Positions 11,166-21,661 of a stretch of DNA of 64,000 bases are shown here, one piece after another. Numbering within the stretch: position 1 is the stretch's first letter; each line of letters begins with the position of its first letter. The DNA lies in NCBI GenBank assembly GCA_963797555.1, contig CAWCPV010000016.1:128001-192000 (forward strand), in the 5' to 3' direction. The notes beneath the pieces are model-generated. The model worked only from the letters and a program-made list of their open reading frames with translations, did not search any database and was not told the DNA's origin. The position numbers and the translations under genes are program-made. The stretch is from an uncultured Gammaproteobacteria bacterium (GTDB lineage: Bacteria; Pseudomonadota; Gammaproteobacteria; CAWCPV01).

Positions 11166-11414
11166 ATGAGCTATCGCGCAACAGTCCTTTTGCTACTGGC
11201 AGCAACCGCGATTCCGGTCTTTGCCCAGCAACCGAATGCGAAACAGGAACTCGAGATGCTCCGCAGCCACTGCCAGGCTGATATTCAGCGCCTGTGCCCC
11301 GGTGTGAAGCCGGGCGGTGGTGCGATCAAGCAGTGCCTGATGCAGCAGAAGGACCAGGTGTCCGTGGGCTGTGCCAAGGCATTGCAGCAGATAAAAGAGA
11401 TGCACAAAGGTTAG
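11166..11414 (+). CDS. Small secreted cysteine-rich repeat protein
   Basis: GAGGAG RBS, signal peptide, CQADIQRLCPGVKPGGGAIKQCL...C pattern. Confidence 0.8.
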   Translation: MSYRATVLLLLAATAIPVFAQQPNAKQELEMLRSHCQADIQRLCPGVKPGGGAIKQCLMQQKDQVSVGCAKALQQIKEMHKG

Positions 11415-11989
11415 TCAGCGTTTCCTGGCGGCCCGCTGCACCGCAACCCCGCGGTGGCGAGTTCTGCCGTTCAGGCACACGACACAACGGTCGGGGATTG
11501 GCCGGAAGCGGTCATCGGGGGCTCTGCGTCGCGCCGCAGACGAGTGTAACACCCGGCGGGACGGCACGTGATCCACCCTCAGGGCAACATCACGTCGACC
11601 CGGTCGTATAGCGGCCCGATGGCTCCACGGCGGTGATCTGGTAGCGCCGCGGGGACCTGGAACGTGAGCCGCAGGGGCTCGGTCGGCCCGGCGCCGCCCA
11701 ACGAAGTGCGGAGGGCGAAGCCACCATCGGTGCGGTCGGCGGAAATCTGCTGGCCGCTCGGGACCGAGCCCCGCCGCCTGGACGGTCCCCTGTGCCACGA
11801 TCGGCGAACCGCATGGGTACCGAACGGCCGGTGCCGCCGACGCTGCCCGACCAGGCCCTCCGGGGCACCGAAGGGTCACTGACCCGCGTCTGGTCGATCA
11901 CCGGCCGGCAGGTACCTCCCGGCTGCGGCCCGGGAGCCGGCGGCGCCCGCCGCCGTCGCGGGACGCCGCAGTGTGGACCCAACTCCGGC

Positions 11990-12199
11990 GCGCGAAGCAT
12001 CCGCATCCGAAGCTCCAAGCAGCGCTCCGGGCAATCGCTGATCGCAGTCAAGCGTCACGGATGGTGGTATTCCATCGACGCCACGGATACGGTGAACAAG
12101 CTGGCGTTCCGCCTCCTCGAGACCCTCATATCGGTGCCGATGGCCGAAGCCGTGGAGCGGAAGGCGACACCCGTCCTGACCGTCCCGCTGTCGCGGTAG
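11990..12199 (+). pseudogene. 3' remnant of a paralog of the 7136..8227 lipoprotein
   Basis: IAVKRHGWWYSIDATD...TPVLTVP aligns with VAVRYNGHWFWIDNRD...APVITVP. Confidence 0.65.
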
Positions 12200-12532
12200 T
12201 GCGATTGACCGGTTTCGCAGGCGCCTGGCAGACGTCAGCGGCTGGCACTTCCCAGGCCCGCGTCAGCCGGGTCTGAGCGGTGAGATGGACGTGTTCGATC
12301 GGAACACCAGCGGCACCGCCCACTTCTTTCCGCTGTCGGCCTTCCAGTTGACCGTCGATTGGCGCTCAGCGTCTTCCACGCCTTGTCGCACGATCGGGGC
12401 GGGGTCGGCACCTGTACATCGACCATCTGCACGGCGGCGAACTTCTCCGGCACGCTGCGCGTGGTCAATCCGGGCGCCAGCGCGTGCAAACCTCGGCCGA
12501 GTCGGCGTGTATGCATGCGCGAGCGACTACAA

Positions 12533-13477
12533 ATGCTGATCGTGGGTGGGCGCCCTGAATCGGCGTTTGCGCGCGCCCGCCGAGTGCTCATCGGCTTGGG
12601 CTTGGCAGTGGGTGCAGCGAGCGCTGCCGCGCAGGATCTCGAGCCAAGGCAATACTCGAACACACCGATCGGCCTCAACTTCCTGCTCGGGGGTTACACC
12701 TACACGGAAGGCGGCGTGGCCGTCGATCCGACGGTGCCCCTGACGAACGCTCACGTCGAGGTGAACGGCGCGACGCTCGCCTACGCGCGCTCGCTGGACA
12801 TATTGGGCAAGTCCGCCAAATTCGACGTCGTGCTGCCCTATGCCTGGCTCTCGGGCAGCGCGGAGTTTGCCGGTCAACCTCACCAACGCGAGATTTCGGG
12901 GCTGGCTGACCCGAGATTTCACTTTTCCGTCAATTTCTATGGCGCCCCGGCACTTTCGCTGAAAGACTACGCGGAATATCGACAGGACCTCATCCTCGGC
13001 GCGAGCGTGTACGTGTGGGCTCCGTGGGGCCAATATGACCCCAGCAAGCTCGTCAACCTCGGCACCAACCGCTGGGCGTTCAAGTCAGATCTCGGGCTGT
13101 CCAAGGCGTTAGGCGCATGGAGGCTGGAGCTTGTCCCGGCCGCCACCTTTTTCTCCGACAACACGAATTTTCTCGATGGCCACACCCGCACGCAGGATCC
13201 GATCTACTCGGTGCAGGGCCACGTCATTTACGGCTTCCGATCCGGCGTGTGGGTCGCGCTCGACGGCACCTACTTTATGGGCGGACGCACGAGCGTCGAT
13301 GGCGTACTCGATGACGACCGGGAGTCGAATTCGCGAGCTGGCCTGACTGTCACCCTGCCGGTAGACCGTAGCAACTCGATCAAGCTTTACGCCAGCCGTG
13401 GTGTATCGACGCGCATCGGAAGCAACTTCAATACCTTCGGCATCGCCTGGCAGTACCGTTGGGGCGGCGGGTATTGA
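12533..13477 (+). CDS. Outer-membrane beta-barrel transporter (Phenol_MetA_deg/SphA-like family)
   Basis: Signal peptide then AQDLEPRQYSNTP; SGLADP, GQYD..K.VNLG.NRW; aromatic C-terminus WQYRW. Start codon uncertain. Confidence 0.8.
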   Translation: MLIVGGRPESAFARARRVLIGLGLAVGAASAAAQDLEPRQYSNTPIGLNFLLGGYTYTEGGVAVDPTVPLTNAHVEVNGATLAYARSLDILGKSAKFDVVLPYAWLSGSAEFAGQPHQREISGLADPRFHFSVNFYGAPALSLKDYAEYRQDLILGASVYVWAPWGQYDPSKLVNLGTNRWAFKSDLGLSKALGAWRLELVPAATFFSDNTNFLDGHTRTQDPIYSVQGHVIYGFRSGVWVALDGTYFMGGRTSVDGVLDDDRESNSRAGLTVTLPVDRSNSIKLYASRGVSTRIGSNFNTFGIAWQYRWGGGY

Positions 13478-13772
13478 CTCCGGGACTCCATGACCAAGTT
13501 TGGGTCTAAAAGACCCGCGGTGGACGCGGATTCGATGACGAGAGAAAATTTGAGATGAAACGCGCGGCAATGGATTCGGGTCCCTGTGACTGTCTCCTGC
13601 CATGTCGATCATTCGACGTGCGCCGCCGCGCGAGGACCATGAGAACCACGCGGGGCGCTCGCCTGAATCTTGCTGAAGCCCGGAGAATTGTGAAGGTTGC
13701 CCCCACCCCAACCCGTCATGGCGCGATTCGCCGCCCCGAAGCATGAAAACGGTTGCCGCGCCAAGACGGGTT

Positions 13773-13808
13773 CCCTCACCCTGCCTCTCCCGCAAGCGGG
13801 AGAGGGGA
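13773..13808. repeat. REP-like palindrome
   Basis: CCCTCACCCTGCCTCTCCCGCAAGCGGGAGAGGGGA; stem CCTCTCCCGC/GCGGGAGAGG. Confidence 0.6.
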
Positions 13809-14049
13809 TTTCGCGGCGCCATCGGCGCATTTTCATGTTAAAAATAGCCCCACCGAAGCGGGGCCAGCACATGAGCCTGCGGCGAAGCCCGTCACGACCG
13901 CCACGGGACCGCCCCGCGTGTCTCGATGTCGACCCGAGGCGGCCCTGTACTGGCTCGCCTGACCGTCAAGCCCGGCTGGACACCTTGCTTGCCGCGGTGC
14001 AAGGACGCCCATAAGATCAGTGAATCACGGAAACTGTGAGACTGTTGTC

Positions 14050-14313
14050 ATGAAAAACATCACCGTATCGGTAGACGATGAGACCTATCGCGGTCCCCGG
14101 ATCAAGGCCGCCGAGGCCGGTACCTCGGTGTCCGCGCTGGTGAAATCGTTCCTGATGCAGCTGGCCCAGGGGCAGGCGCTGGAAACGGAATTCGACCGCC
14201 TCAAACGGTTACAGATGCAGACACTGAACCGCATCCGCGCGCGGGCCGCCGGGTTGCGCACCGCTGACAACCTCTCGCGCGACGCACTGCACGACCGCGA
14301 TGCGCTTCGTTGA
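14050..14313 (+). CDS. Ribbon-helix-helix antitoxin (VapB-like)
   Basis: MKNITVSVDDETY...AA..GTSVSALV; overlaps the downstream PIN gene. Confidence 0.75.
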   Translation: MKNITVSVDDETYRGPRIKAAEAGTSVSALVKSFLMQLAQGQALETEFDRLKRLQMQTLNRIRARAAGLRTADNLSRDALHDRDALR

Positions 14314-14707
14314 CACCAACGTCCTCATCTACGCCGTCAGCACTGCCGCCGAAGAGGCCGACAAGACCCGCCGCGCCCTGGCGCTACTGGACCAACGCGA
14401 CCTCGCCCTATCCGTGCAGGTCTTGCAGGAGTTCTACGTACAGGCGACCCGTGCCGCTCGGCCCGGCGCGCTCACCCACCGAGTGGCGGTCGACTTCGTC
14501 ACCGCCCTGCAGCGCTTCCGCGTGCAGGACACCACGCTGGCCGTGGTGCAGTCGGCGTTTGCCGTCCGAGAGCGGTTCGGCCTGTCTACAGGGACAGCGC
14601 CATTTTCGCCGCCGCCCGGGCCTGTGGCTGCGAAATCCTCTACTCCGAAGACCTGAATGCCGCGCAGGATTACGACGGGTCTGCGCGTCGTCAACCCGTT
14701 CGCCTGA
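14300..14707 (+). pseudogene. vapC: PIN-domain toxin (VapC-like), frameshifted
   Basis: FVDTNVLIYA, SVQVLQEFY, then out-of-frame DSAIFAAA..CGC..LYSEDL and VVNPF. Confidence 0.8.
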
Positions 14708-14761
14708 CCCCAGGGGCGACCGCGACCCCCTGCTCGCACAAACGAAGGGTTTCAGGATGGT

Positions 14762-14789
14762 GCGCAAGTAGCGCATAAGCTACTTGCGC
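14762..14789. promoter_or_regulatory. Palindromic operator upstream of the RelE/HigB-like gene
   Basis: Perfect 11-bp inverted repeat GCGCAAGTAGC-N6-GCTACTTGCGC ending 1 bp before the ATG at 14791. Confidence 0.55.
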
Positions 14790-14790
14790 C

Positions 14791-14983
14791 ATGGTAGAAC
14801 TTCTTCGCTATCAGCGCGAAGACGGACACGAACCCTTTACGGAATGGCTGGGCGCGGTGCCCGACAAAGCGGCCCTGGCGCGCATCCAGCGTCGCTTGTG
14901 CCAAGTCGCAGGCAGGGAACTTAGGCGATTGTGCCCCGGTCGGTGAAGGCGTGATCGAACTGCGTGAGCCATCCCATGAGTGA
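14791..14983 (+). pseudogene. RelE/ParE-superfamily addiction-module killer protein, truncated
   Basis: MVELLRYQREDGHEPFTEWL...ARIQRRL / GNLGDCAPVGEGVIELR. Confidence 0.7.
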
Positions 14984-15012
14984 TCGAACACTCAGTGAAG
15001 GTAATCACCAGC

Positions 15013-16038
15013 TCACATGGCCCGCAAGAACGTAACGGCTTGGCGTTCGCCTTCCTCCATCAACCGATGCAGGAAGGACGGCGACCGATCGAGTTTCGAG
15101 GCGTAATCCAGGGTCGCAGACAATTCTGGACTCATATCGATCCAGCGAACCCTAATCTTCTTGAATTTTTCCGCACCCTTTTCCGCGAAGTAACCCTCCT
15201 CTATCCATCGATTCACGACCTCGATGAAATGAAGTTCCTGGTTCATAGATAGATTGCCTGACAATTCATTCCGTCGATCCAGTATACCTTCTGTTGTTTT
15301 CGGAATCGTCCTGCGCGTTTGGGGATTGATCCGCACGATCCAGATTTCGTCAGGACGCTCCTCGACCTTGTCCACCATGAAGTCGGCGACAGGCGGGTTT
15401 TCGGAAAACAGTCCATCCCAATAAGCGGCAGGCCCAATTGCCACTGCCTTGAAGAGCGTCGGAATTGCCGCAGTCGCCAACAACATATTGGCGGAAATGT
15501 TTTCTAGGTCCGAGTCGAATGCCTTGAACGTCCCCGACAGGACATCGACCGCTCCCAAGAGTAACCGCGGACTCGTTGGCTTCTTCAATGACGGGATTTC
15601 TGGGAACGAAATGTGTTTCTCCAACAGGGCCTTGAGATCGACATATTCTTTTCGGGGAGCCAACGCTTTTGTGAGCTCGACTATCCAGTCCGCACCATAG
15701 GGGCTCGTCTCAAACGTGGGAACAATTCCCGCGTCCTGTTGGCGAACGAGATCCAGAGCCCAATTGTTCAGATAGCGTTCCCACAGCAACATCGCGGAAT
15801 TATCCTCCCAGAAATCCACGAGCCACTTCCAGGCAGGTTCTTTGCAGCCCGAGGCCACCTTCAAAAGTCCATACCACACTGCGGCTGCGCAAATACCTCC
15901 GCCGGATGTGCCGCTCAATGCGACCAGGCGATACGGGTTGGGGATGCCGCCCTCCAGTAGTCGCTTAAGGACGCCAGCCGTGAAGGCGGTATGGCTACCG
16001 CCTCCCTGGCAGGCAATGGCCAATTTTAGTTCGTTCAT
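15013..16038 (-). CDS. Cytoplasmic patatin-like phospholipase/esterase
   Basis: IACQGGGSH oxyanion motif, SGTSGG nucleophile, WDGLFSENPP catalytic Asp. Confidence 0.9.
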   Translation of the reverse strand: MNELKLAIACQGGGSHTAFTAGVLKRLLEGGIPNPYRLVALSGTSGGGICAAAVWYGLLKVASGCKEPAWKWLVDFWEDNSAMLLWERYLNNWALDLVRQQDAGIVPTFETSPYGADWIVELTKALAPRKEYVDLKALLEKHISFPEIPSLKKPTSPRLLLGAVDVLSGTFKAFDSDLENISANMLLATAAIPTLFKAVAIGPAAYWDGLFSENPPVADFMVDKVEERPDEIWIVRINPQTRRTIPKTTEGILDRRNELSGNLSMNQELHFIEVVNRWIEEGYFAEKGAEKFKKIRVRWIDMSPELSATLDYASKLDRSPSFLHRLMEEGERQAVTFLRAM

Positions 16039-16229
16039 GACCCATGTCTCCTTAGAGAATTGTTCCCTGAGCATCTAACGAATAGCAGTTTATCCGTTGT
16101 TCCTGAAGTTGACCCCACTGCGGGTGACCTTGGCACCGAGGGGGGAGCTGCGGCCGGACGTTACGACGTTGTTCATCACGATTTACCCTTACGGCTCAAG
16201 AGCGGCGCCCTGTACCGCGCGCCCCGAGG

Positions 16230-16500
16230 TCACCCGTTTTTCCTTGTCGGGGCCACGACGAAAAGCGGCATCCTTACCCTGCTGCAGGAGTGTCGAGAGA
16301 TCCAAGAAACGCCGTAGAGCTGGATCAGCTTGGCGACCAGCCCGGTCCAGCCGGTATGGTGGCTTGCACCCAGCCCCGCTGCGTTGTCGCCATGAAATAC
16401 TCGTAGATAGAGAATGTGGTCACGCCACTGGGGATCGAACTGAAACGTCTCTGTCCCGTCGTGCACAGGCCGCCGGAGGGATTTCCGACACCGGGTGGTG
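16230..16500 (-). pseudogene. 3' remnant of a second GH63 glucosidase
   Basis: [16 protein letters not shown]...[27 protein letters not shown] is homologous to 3100-3260. Confidence 0.75.
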
Positions 16501-17034
16501 AGCGACGGACAGGATACTCCCAGCCGTACCATGTGGCTACGGTCACGCGGCGGGCGGTGCCGGCAGTGCACCGAAAATCGGTAGACACACAAACCAAGGC
16601 TTGCACTGTACGGTCGCTGCCAAGGCGATCCGGACCCGAGGGCTTTGCTGCAGGCTCTGGGCGCGGGCGTTGCTGGCACTTTGCCGACACTGCGTGTGGT
16701 TGGCGCTGCCGGCATCGGCTGGATCAAATCCACGTTCCACTCTCACTATCCTTCTCGGCGGGTCTCCGAAGGAGTCGTCGCTTCCTTTCCCGTGCGCATC
16801 TCGGGCGAGGTCGAGTCCTCGATCTCGCCGATCGCCCGAAATTCCAGCGCAGGCGGCTCGGCCGCCTTCTCCATCAGCGCGGCCAGGCGGGTGGAGTGCG
16901 CCGAGTGCGGAAGCGGAGCCGTGGAGGAGATTCATGGGCTCGGTTGCCTCTGGACTTTCGATCTGCGCTCATGACATCCTTCGTCAGGCAAAAAGGACCC
17001 TTCTCGGGAGATGTCGCGGAGGCAGGAGCACAAG

Positions 17035-17397
17035 ATGGCCTATGAGGTGCTTCGAGCAGACGGTGACTTGGTGGAAGTCAAGCTGACGGGAACCATGCTG
17101 CGGCGGGACCTGGATGAACTTCAGGCGCGAATCAAGCCTTTGATCGAACAAGGCATGCGCATCCGCCTCCTGGCAGTGCTCGAAGACTTCCTTGGCTGGG
17201 AAAAGGGTGCGGACTGGGGCGATACCACCTTCCTGTCCGAACACGGGGACGACCTGGAGAGGATGGCTATCGTGGGGGAAGCGCGTTGGCGCGACGACGC
17301 CTACGCCTTCGTCGGCAAGGGACTGAGGCGGACCGCCATCGAGTATTTTCCCCCGTCCGCCCTCGACGCGGCGCGCCAATGGCTGACCCGGCCTTAG
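17035..17397 (+). CDS. STAS/SEC14 (SpoIIAA-like) protein
   Basis: IRLL..LEDFLGWE, RMAIVG..RW, A.QWL; GGAG RBS. Confidence 0.85.
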   Translation: MAYEVLRADGDLVEVKLTGTMLRRDLDELQARIKPLIEQGMRIRLLAVLEDFLGWEKGADWGDTTFLSEHGDDLERMAIVGEARWRDDAYAFVGKGLRRTAIEYFPPSALDAARQWLTRP

Positions 17398-17586
17398 ACC
17401 GCCGCTTCCGCGGGTGGCCTGTGTATAACCGGGGAGAGCTTCCGGCAACGGGACGCACCCTAAATTGGCCTGGCCTGTCAATTCTTACGAGAGAAGCGAA
17501 ATGCGCGCGAAGTCAGCCGCTGCTTCACGTGCGCAAGCCCCGAGACCGCGTGTCCTGCATGCGGAACTCATCGCGGAGGAAGCTTG

Positions 17587-17961
17587 ATGAACACGGCACG
17601 GATATTCGCGATCTGCGCGCTTTGGGCTGTGGTGACCGCGCCGGCCCTGGGATCCAACCTGCTCTTCCTGCAAGACGCGCCGGTCGCCTACTTCACCGAG
17701 GAAGACGACCGGATGTTTCAGGCCGCCCTGAAGGGTGCGCTGGACACAGCGAAGGACGGGGAAGCCAAATCGTGGTCCAACCCGGCCAGCGGAGCCTCGG
17801 GGACCCTGACCGTGCTGAAGACCCACAACCAGCACGCGATGACCTGCCGCACGTTGAAGATTTTCAGCACAGCAAAGAGCAGGACCGGCGAGAGCGTCTG
17901 GGACTTCTGCAAGCAGCCGGACGGCGCCTGGAAAATCGCCGGTGTCCCGCGGGCGCCGTGA
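17587..17961 (+). CDS. RT0821/Lpp0805-family (17-kDa antigen-like) surface protein
   Basis: Signal peptide; WSNPASGASG...CR...FCKQPDGAWKI. Confidence 0.8.
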   Translation: MNTARIFAICALWAVVTAPALGSNLLFLQDAPVAYFTEEDDRMFQAALKGALDTAKDGEAKSWSNPASGASGTLTVLKTHNQHAMTCRTLKIFSTAKSRTGESVWDFCKQPDGAWKIAGVPRAP

Positions 17962-18333
17962 AGCACGCTCCCGCGCCGGGGACTCTGCGCTTGCACCCAA
18001 GCATCGGCCCGCTGGAGCCGGGCCCGTAACCGGAGCAGTTTTCCGCGGCATTGCGCTCGAGCACGAGTCGTTGAACCCAACCGAGCACGCGTGCTATAAG
18101 GCCCGGCAGGCGCGCGGCCCTGGAACGTGCCCGAGCGGGGTTTCGCCGGTGCGGGGGCTGCCCGGTTCCGTGCTCCGAAGCAGGCGTGCCAACTTGGCCT
18201 CGCTAGGACGGCCTCGCTGCCAGAGCCCGCGGGTCACGCGGCGATTAGCAAGGCTGGCAGATCGACGCCGGACTCCGCCCAAGTTCGCGAGGCCAATTTC
18301 ATCATGGGAACCCATAGTAAGGAGAAACTAGAG

Positions 18334-18786
18334 ATGAGACGAAAGGTACTGGGGGTCGGTTTGTCGCTCTTCATCACGGGCGCCTCCATCTTGCCCGTCG
18401 CACTGGCCGGCGAGACGAGCAGCGCCACGGAACAAGGGGTCCAGCAGAGACTGGAGCGCTCCATCGGGATGAAGGTCCTGACCGGAGCGGTGTGGGAGAA
18501 AATGAGTCAGGACGAGAAGATTTCTTTTCTTTGGGGTGCCGCTCACGTCATCGCCATCGAGCGGCAGCTCATGGCCGAGTACCCCAAGCTGCAGCGCGAC
18601 AACTTTTCCCGGAAGGTGAGCGAAGGCCTGCCCCAGGGAATCACCCTCAACGCAATCGCCGAAGACGTGGACAGTTTCTACAAGAGTCACCCCGATGAGA
18701 TTCAAGTGCCTGTGGTCGCCGTAATCTGGCGAACCCTGGTGAAGCCGAACCTCAAGACCGGCATTGCCGGAAAGCCGCTCGGGTGA
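18334..18786 (+). CDS. Hypothetical secreted protein
   Basis: AAGGAG RBS, signal peptide to ALA, clean 150-aa ORF. Confidence 0.7.
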   Translation: MRRKVLGVGLSLFITGASILPVALAGETSSATEQGVQQRLERSIGMKVLTGAVWEKMSQDEKISFLWGAAHVIAIERQLMAEYPKLQRDNFSRKVSEGLPQGITLNAIAEDVDSFYKSHPDEIQVPVVAVIWRTLVKPNLKTGIAGKPLG

Positions 18787-18895
18787 ACACCTGTGCGGGC
18801 TCGGCCCAGCGCCACCGACCTCCCGCAGGGAGTCGGGCGGCCGGGAGCCGGAACAGACGCGAAGGGGAAGGACATTCAGTCACGAGGGTAATGTT

Positions 18896-19129
18896 ATGAA
18901 GCTGAGATTCCCAGTTCTCATCCTTGCGGCAAGTCTTGGCCTGCTCGGCTGCAGCGGCATGACGACCACTCAGCAGAGCACGCTGAGCGGATCCGCCATC
19001 GGCGCGGCTGCCGGGGCCGGAATTGCGGCGATCGCCGGCGGAAACGCCGCCACCGGAGCCCTGGTCGGCGCTGCAGGGGGTGCGTTGACCGGCTACCTGG
19101 TCGGTGAGAAGAAGTCAAAGAGTCAGTGA
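18896..19129 (+). CDS. Glycine-zipper lipoprotein
   Basis: Lipobox LLGC; GSAIGAAAGAGIAAIAGG...GALVGAAGGAL. Confidence 0.8.
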   Translation: MKLRFPVLILAASLGLLGCSGMTTTQQSTLSGSAIGAAAGAGIAAIAGGNAATGALVGAAGGALTGYLVGEKKSKSQ

Positions 19130-19248
19130 TGGTCTGCGAGTATTGCGCGACGGCCCCGCTTTAACGCAAAGGCAAATCAACCGGGACGGGCCGGGCGGTG
19201 GAGCAAATCGCCCGGCCTTCTCAGTAGCGTTCGCCGACGCCGATACGC

Positions 19249-21474
19249 GTGCTGCGCTCGTTTCTTTTCCTAACCGCCCTGTCGATGGCACTCTTGGGGT
19301 CGCTGACCGTTGCGGCCCAAGCCTCGACCAGCGATCCGCCAGTAGAGCGCCCCAGAATCAGCCTCGTGCTGAGTGGAGGCGGCGCCCGCGGCGCCGCGCA
19401 CATCGGCGTCATCAAGGTCCTGCAGCAGCTCCACGTCCCCATCGACTGCATCACCGGCACCAGCATGGGGTCGATCGTGGGCGGCCTGTACGCAGCCGGA
19501 CTGACGCCGCAGGAGATGGACAAGGCCCTGACCAGCATCGACTGGGCAGACGTTTTCAATGACAGCCCGGCCCGGGAGCTCCGCTCCTTCCGGCGCAAGC
19601 GCGATGACGACACCTTCCTGATCAAGGCCAAGCCCGGCCTGAAGGACGGCAAGATCACGCTACCGAAGGGTGCCATCCAGGGCCAGAAGCTCACCATCAT
19701 CCTGAGGCAGCTCGCCTTGCCCGCCGCCAACATCCACGACTTCGACAAGCTCAAGGTCCCGTTTCGCGCGGTGGCGACCGACATCGGCACCGGAGAGCCG
19801 GTGGTGCTCTCCCACGGGGACCTGGCCCTGGCGATGCGCGCCAGCATGTCCATCCCGACCGCGTTTGCCCCCGTCGAGCTGGACGGCAAAGTGCTGGTGG
19901 ACGGCTTCGTGTCCGACAACCTGCCCATCGATGTCGCGCGCAAGCTCTGCGGCGACCACATCATCGCCGTGGACATCGCGACCCCCCTGGAGCCTGGCGA
20001 GAAGCTCGGGTCATTCCTCTCCATCCTGGGCCAGCTCACCGGCATCATGACCCAGCAGAACACGGCCCGGCAAAAGGCCACCCTGCGTCCCACCGACGTG
20101 CTCCTGGAGCCCGATCTGGGGGACTTCAGCACTACGGACTTCGACCAGGCGGCGAAGGCCATCGCCATCGGCGAAAAGACCGCCTGGGCCAAACGAGCAG
20201 AGCTCCAGAAGCTCGCCCTGCCCCCCCAGGCGTACCAGCAGCAGCTCGCCTCCGAGCCTGTGCCGAGCGGCTCCGAGCATCCGATCATCGACTTCATCCG
20301 CATCGAGAACAATTCCCGGCTGTCCAACCAAGTGCTTCGGTCGCGGCTCAGCATCCACACCGGGCAGCCCTTGAACCTCGACGAGCTGTACGAGAATCTG
20401 TCGGTCATCTACGGCCTGGGCAACTTCGAACGGGTGGACTACCGACTGGTCCAGGAGAACGGCAAGACCGGGGTCGTCATCACAGCCGTGGCGAAGAGCT
20501 GGGGTCCCGACTACCTGCAGTTCGGCCTCAATCTCCAGGCCAGCGGCCAGAACAACACCGCGTTCAGCGTCGCCGCCGGATACATCGCGTCGGAGGTCAA
20601 CTCCGCAGGCGGCGAATGGCGCGCCTTCTTGCAGCTTGGCAACGTGCTGGGGCTTTACACCGACTTCTATCAGCCCTTCGGCGCCGACTACCGATACTTC
20701 TTGGTGCCGTCCGCGTCTTACCAGAGGTACAACGCGGGGTTTGTGGAGTCCGAGCTGGGGACTAACGCGCCCTTTCGAATCAACACTACGGACCTGGGGC
20801 TAGCAGGCGGGGTCAACCTGAGGCGCTGGGGTGAATTCCGCTTGGGTCTCCGCGGTGCATGGGGCAACACGGAGACCACGAACGGCGAGCCCTCGTCGCT
20901 GACGGGTACCTTCAACAACGTCGGGTACTATACGAGGCTGTCGGCGGACACCCTGGACAACATCAACTTTCCCCGCCACGGCTGGTTCAGCCGGCTGGAA
21001 TACGACCAGTTCCTGCAGGCCCTGGGCTCCGACCAGGACTTCAGCTATGCGACCTTTGTCGCCGGCAAGCCGTGGAGTTGGGGGAAACACACAATCCTGC
21101 CCATTCTCAGCCTGAACAGCAGGCTCAGCGGTGATCTGCGGCTCCAGGACCAGTTCCTCCTCGGCGGCTTCCTCAACCTGTCCGGCTACCAGAGCCGGGC
21201 CTTGGTCGGGCCATACTCCGCCCTCGCGAGGCTCCTCTATTTCTACCGCCTCGACAACGCCTCCACAGCGTTCAGCCTCCCCATCTATGCGGGCGGCTCG
21301 CTGGAGGCCGGCAACGTCTGGGACAGCCGCAGCGCGATATCCTTCTCTTCGCTACAGAAAGCCGGGAGCCTGTTCTTCGGCGCCGACACGCCGATCGGCC
21401 CGGTCTATCTCGGCGGCGGCTACGCCCAGGGCGGCAACAAGGCATTCTATCTATTCCTCGGCAGGACCTTCTGA
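19249..21474 (+). CDS. PlpD-type (type Vd) patatin-POTRA-beta-barrel phospholipase
   Basis: LVLSGGGARG, GTSMG and VDG motifs, a POTRA-like segment, and an Omp85-like barrel ending YLFLGRTF. Confidence 0.9.
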   Translation: MLRSFLFLTALSMALLGSLTVAAQASTSDPPVERPRISLVLSGGGARGAAHIGVIKVLQQLHVPIDCITGTSMGSIVGGLYAAGLTPQEMDKALTSIDWADVFNDSPARELRSFRRKRDDDTFLIKAKPGLKDGKITLPKGAIQGQKLTIILRQLALPAANIHDFDKLKVPFRAVATDIGTGEPVVLSHGDLALAMRASMSIPTAFAPVELDGKVLVDGFVSDNLPIDVARKLCGDHIIAVDIATPLEPGEKLGSFLSILGQLTGIMTQQNTARQKATLRPTDVLLEPDLGDFSTTDFDQAAKAIAIGEKTAWAKRAELQKLALPPQAYQQQLASEPVPSGSEHPIIDFIRIENNSRLSNQVLRSRLSIHTGQPLNLDELYENLSVIYGLGNFERVDYRLVQENGKTGVVITAVAKSWGPDYLQFGLNLQASGQNNTAFSVAAGYIASEVNSAGGEWRAFLQLGNVLGLYTDFYQPFGADYRYFLVPSASYQRYNAGFVESELGTNAPFRINTTDLGLAGGVNLRRWGEFRLGLRGAWGNTETTNGEPSSLTGTFNNVGYYTRLSADTLDNINFPRHGWFSRLEYDQFLQALGSDQDFSYATFVAGKPWSWGKHTILPILSLNSRLSGDLRLQDQFLLGGFLNLSGYQSRALVGPYSALARLLYFYRLDNASTAFSLPIYAGGSLEAGNVWDSRSAISFSSLQKAGSLFFGADTPIGPVYLGGGYAQGGNKAFYLFLGRTF

Positions 21475-21661
21475 GGGGCGGGCCGGTGGCGCGGAGCCCC
21501 GTCGGCCCGCGTGTCTGTGGCCCATTCAACCCGGGCCGGGTGACCAAAGTCGCTCCGATTGGCCCAGGCTGACCATTTCATTACAAGCGTCCGATGTGCC
21601 ATCCCTGCAAGTTTGCCCGCAGGGCTTGCCGGTTCACAGACACGACAGGAGGTGGTTGACG

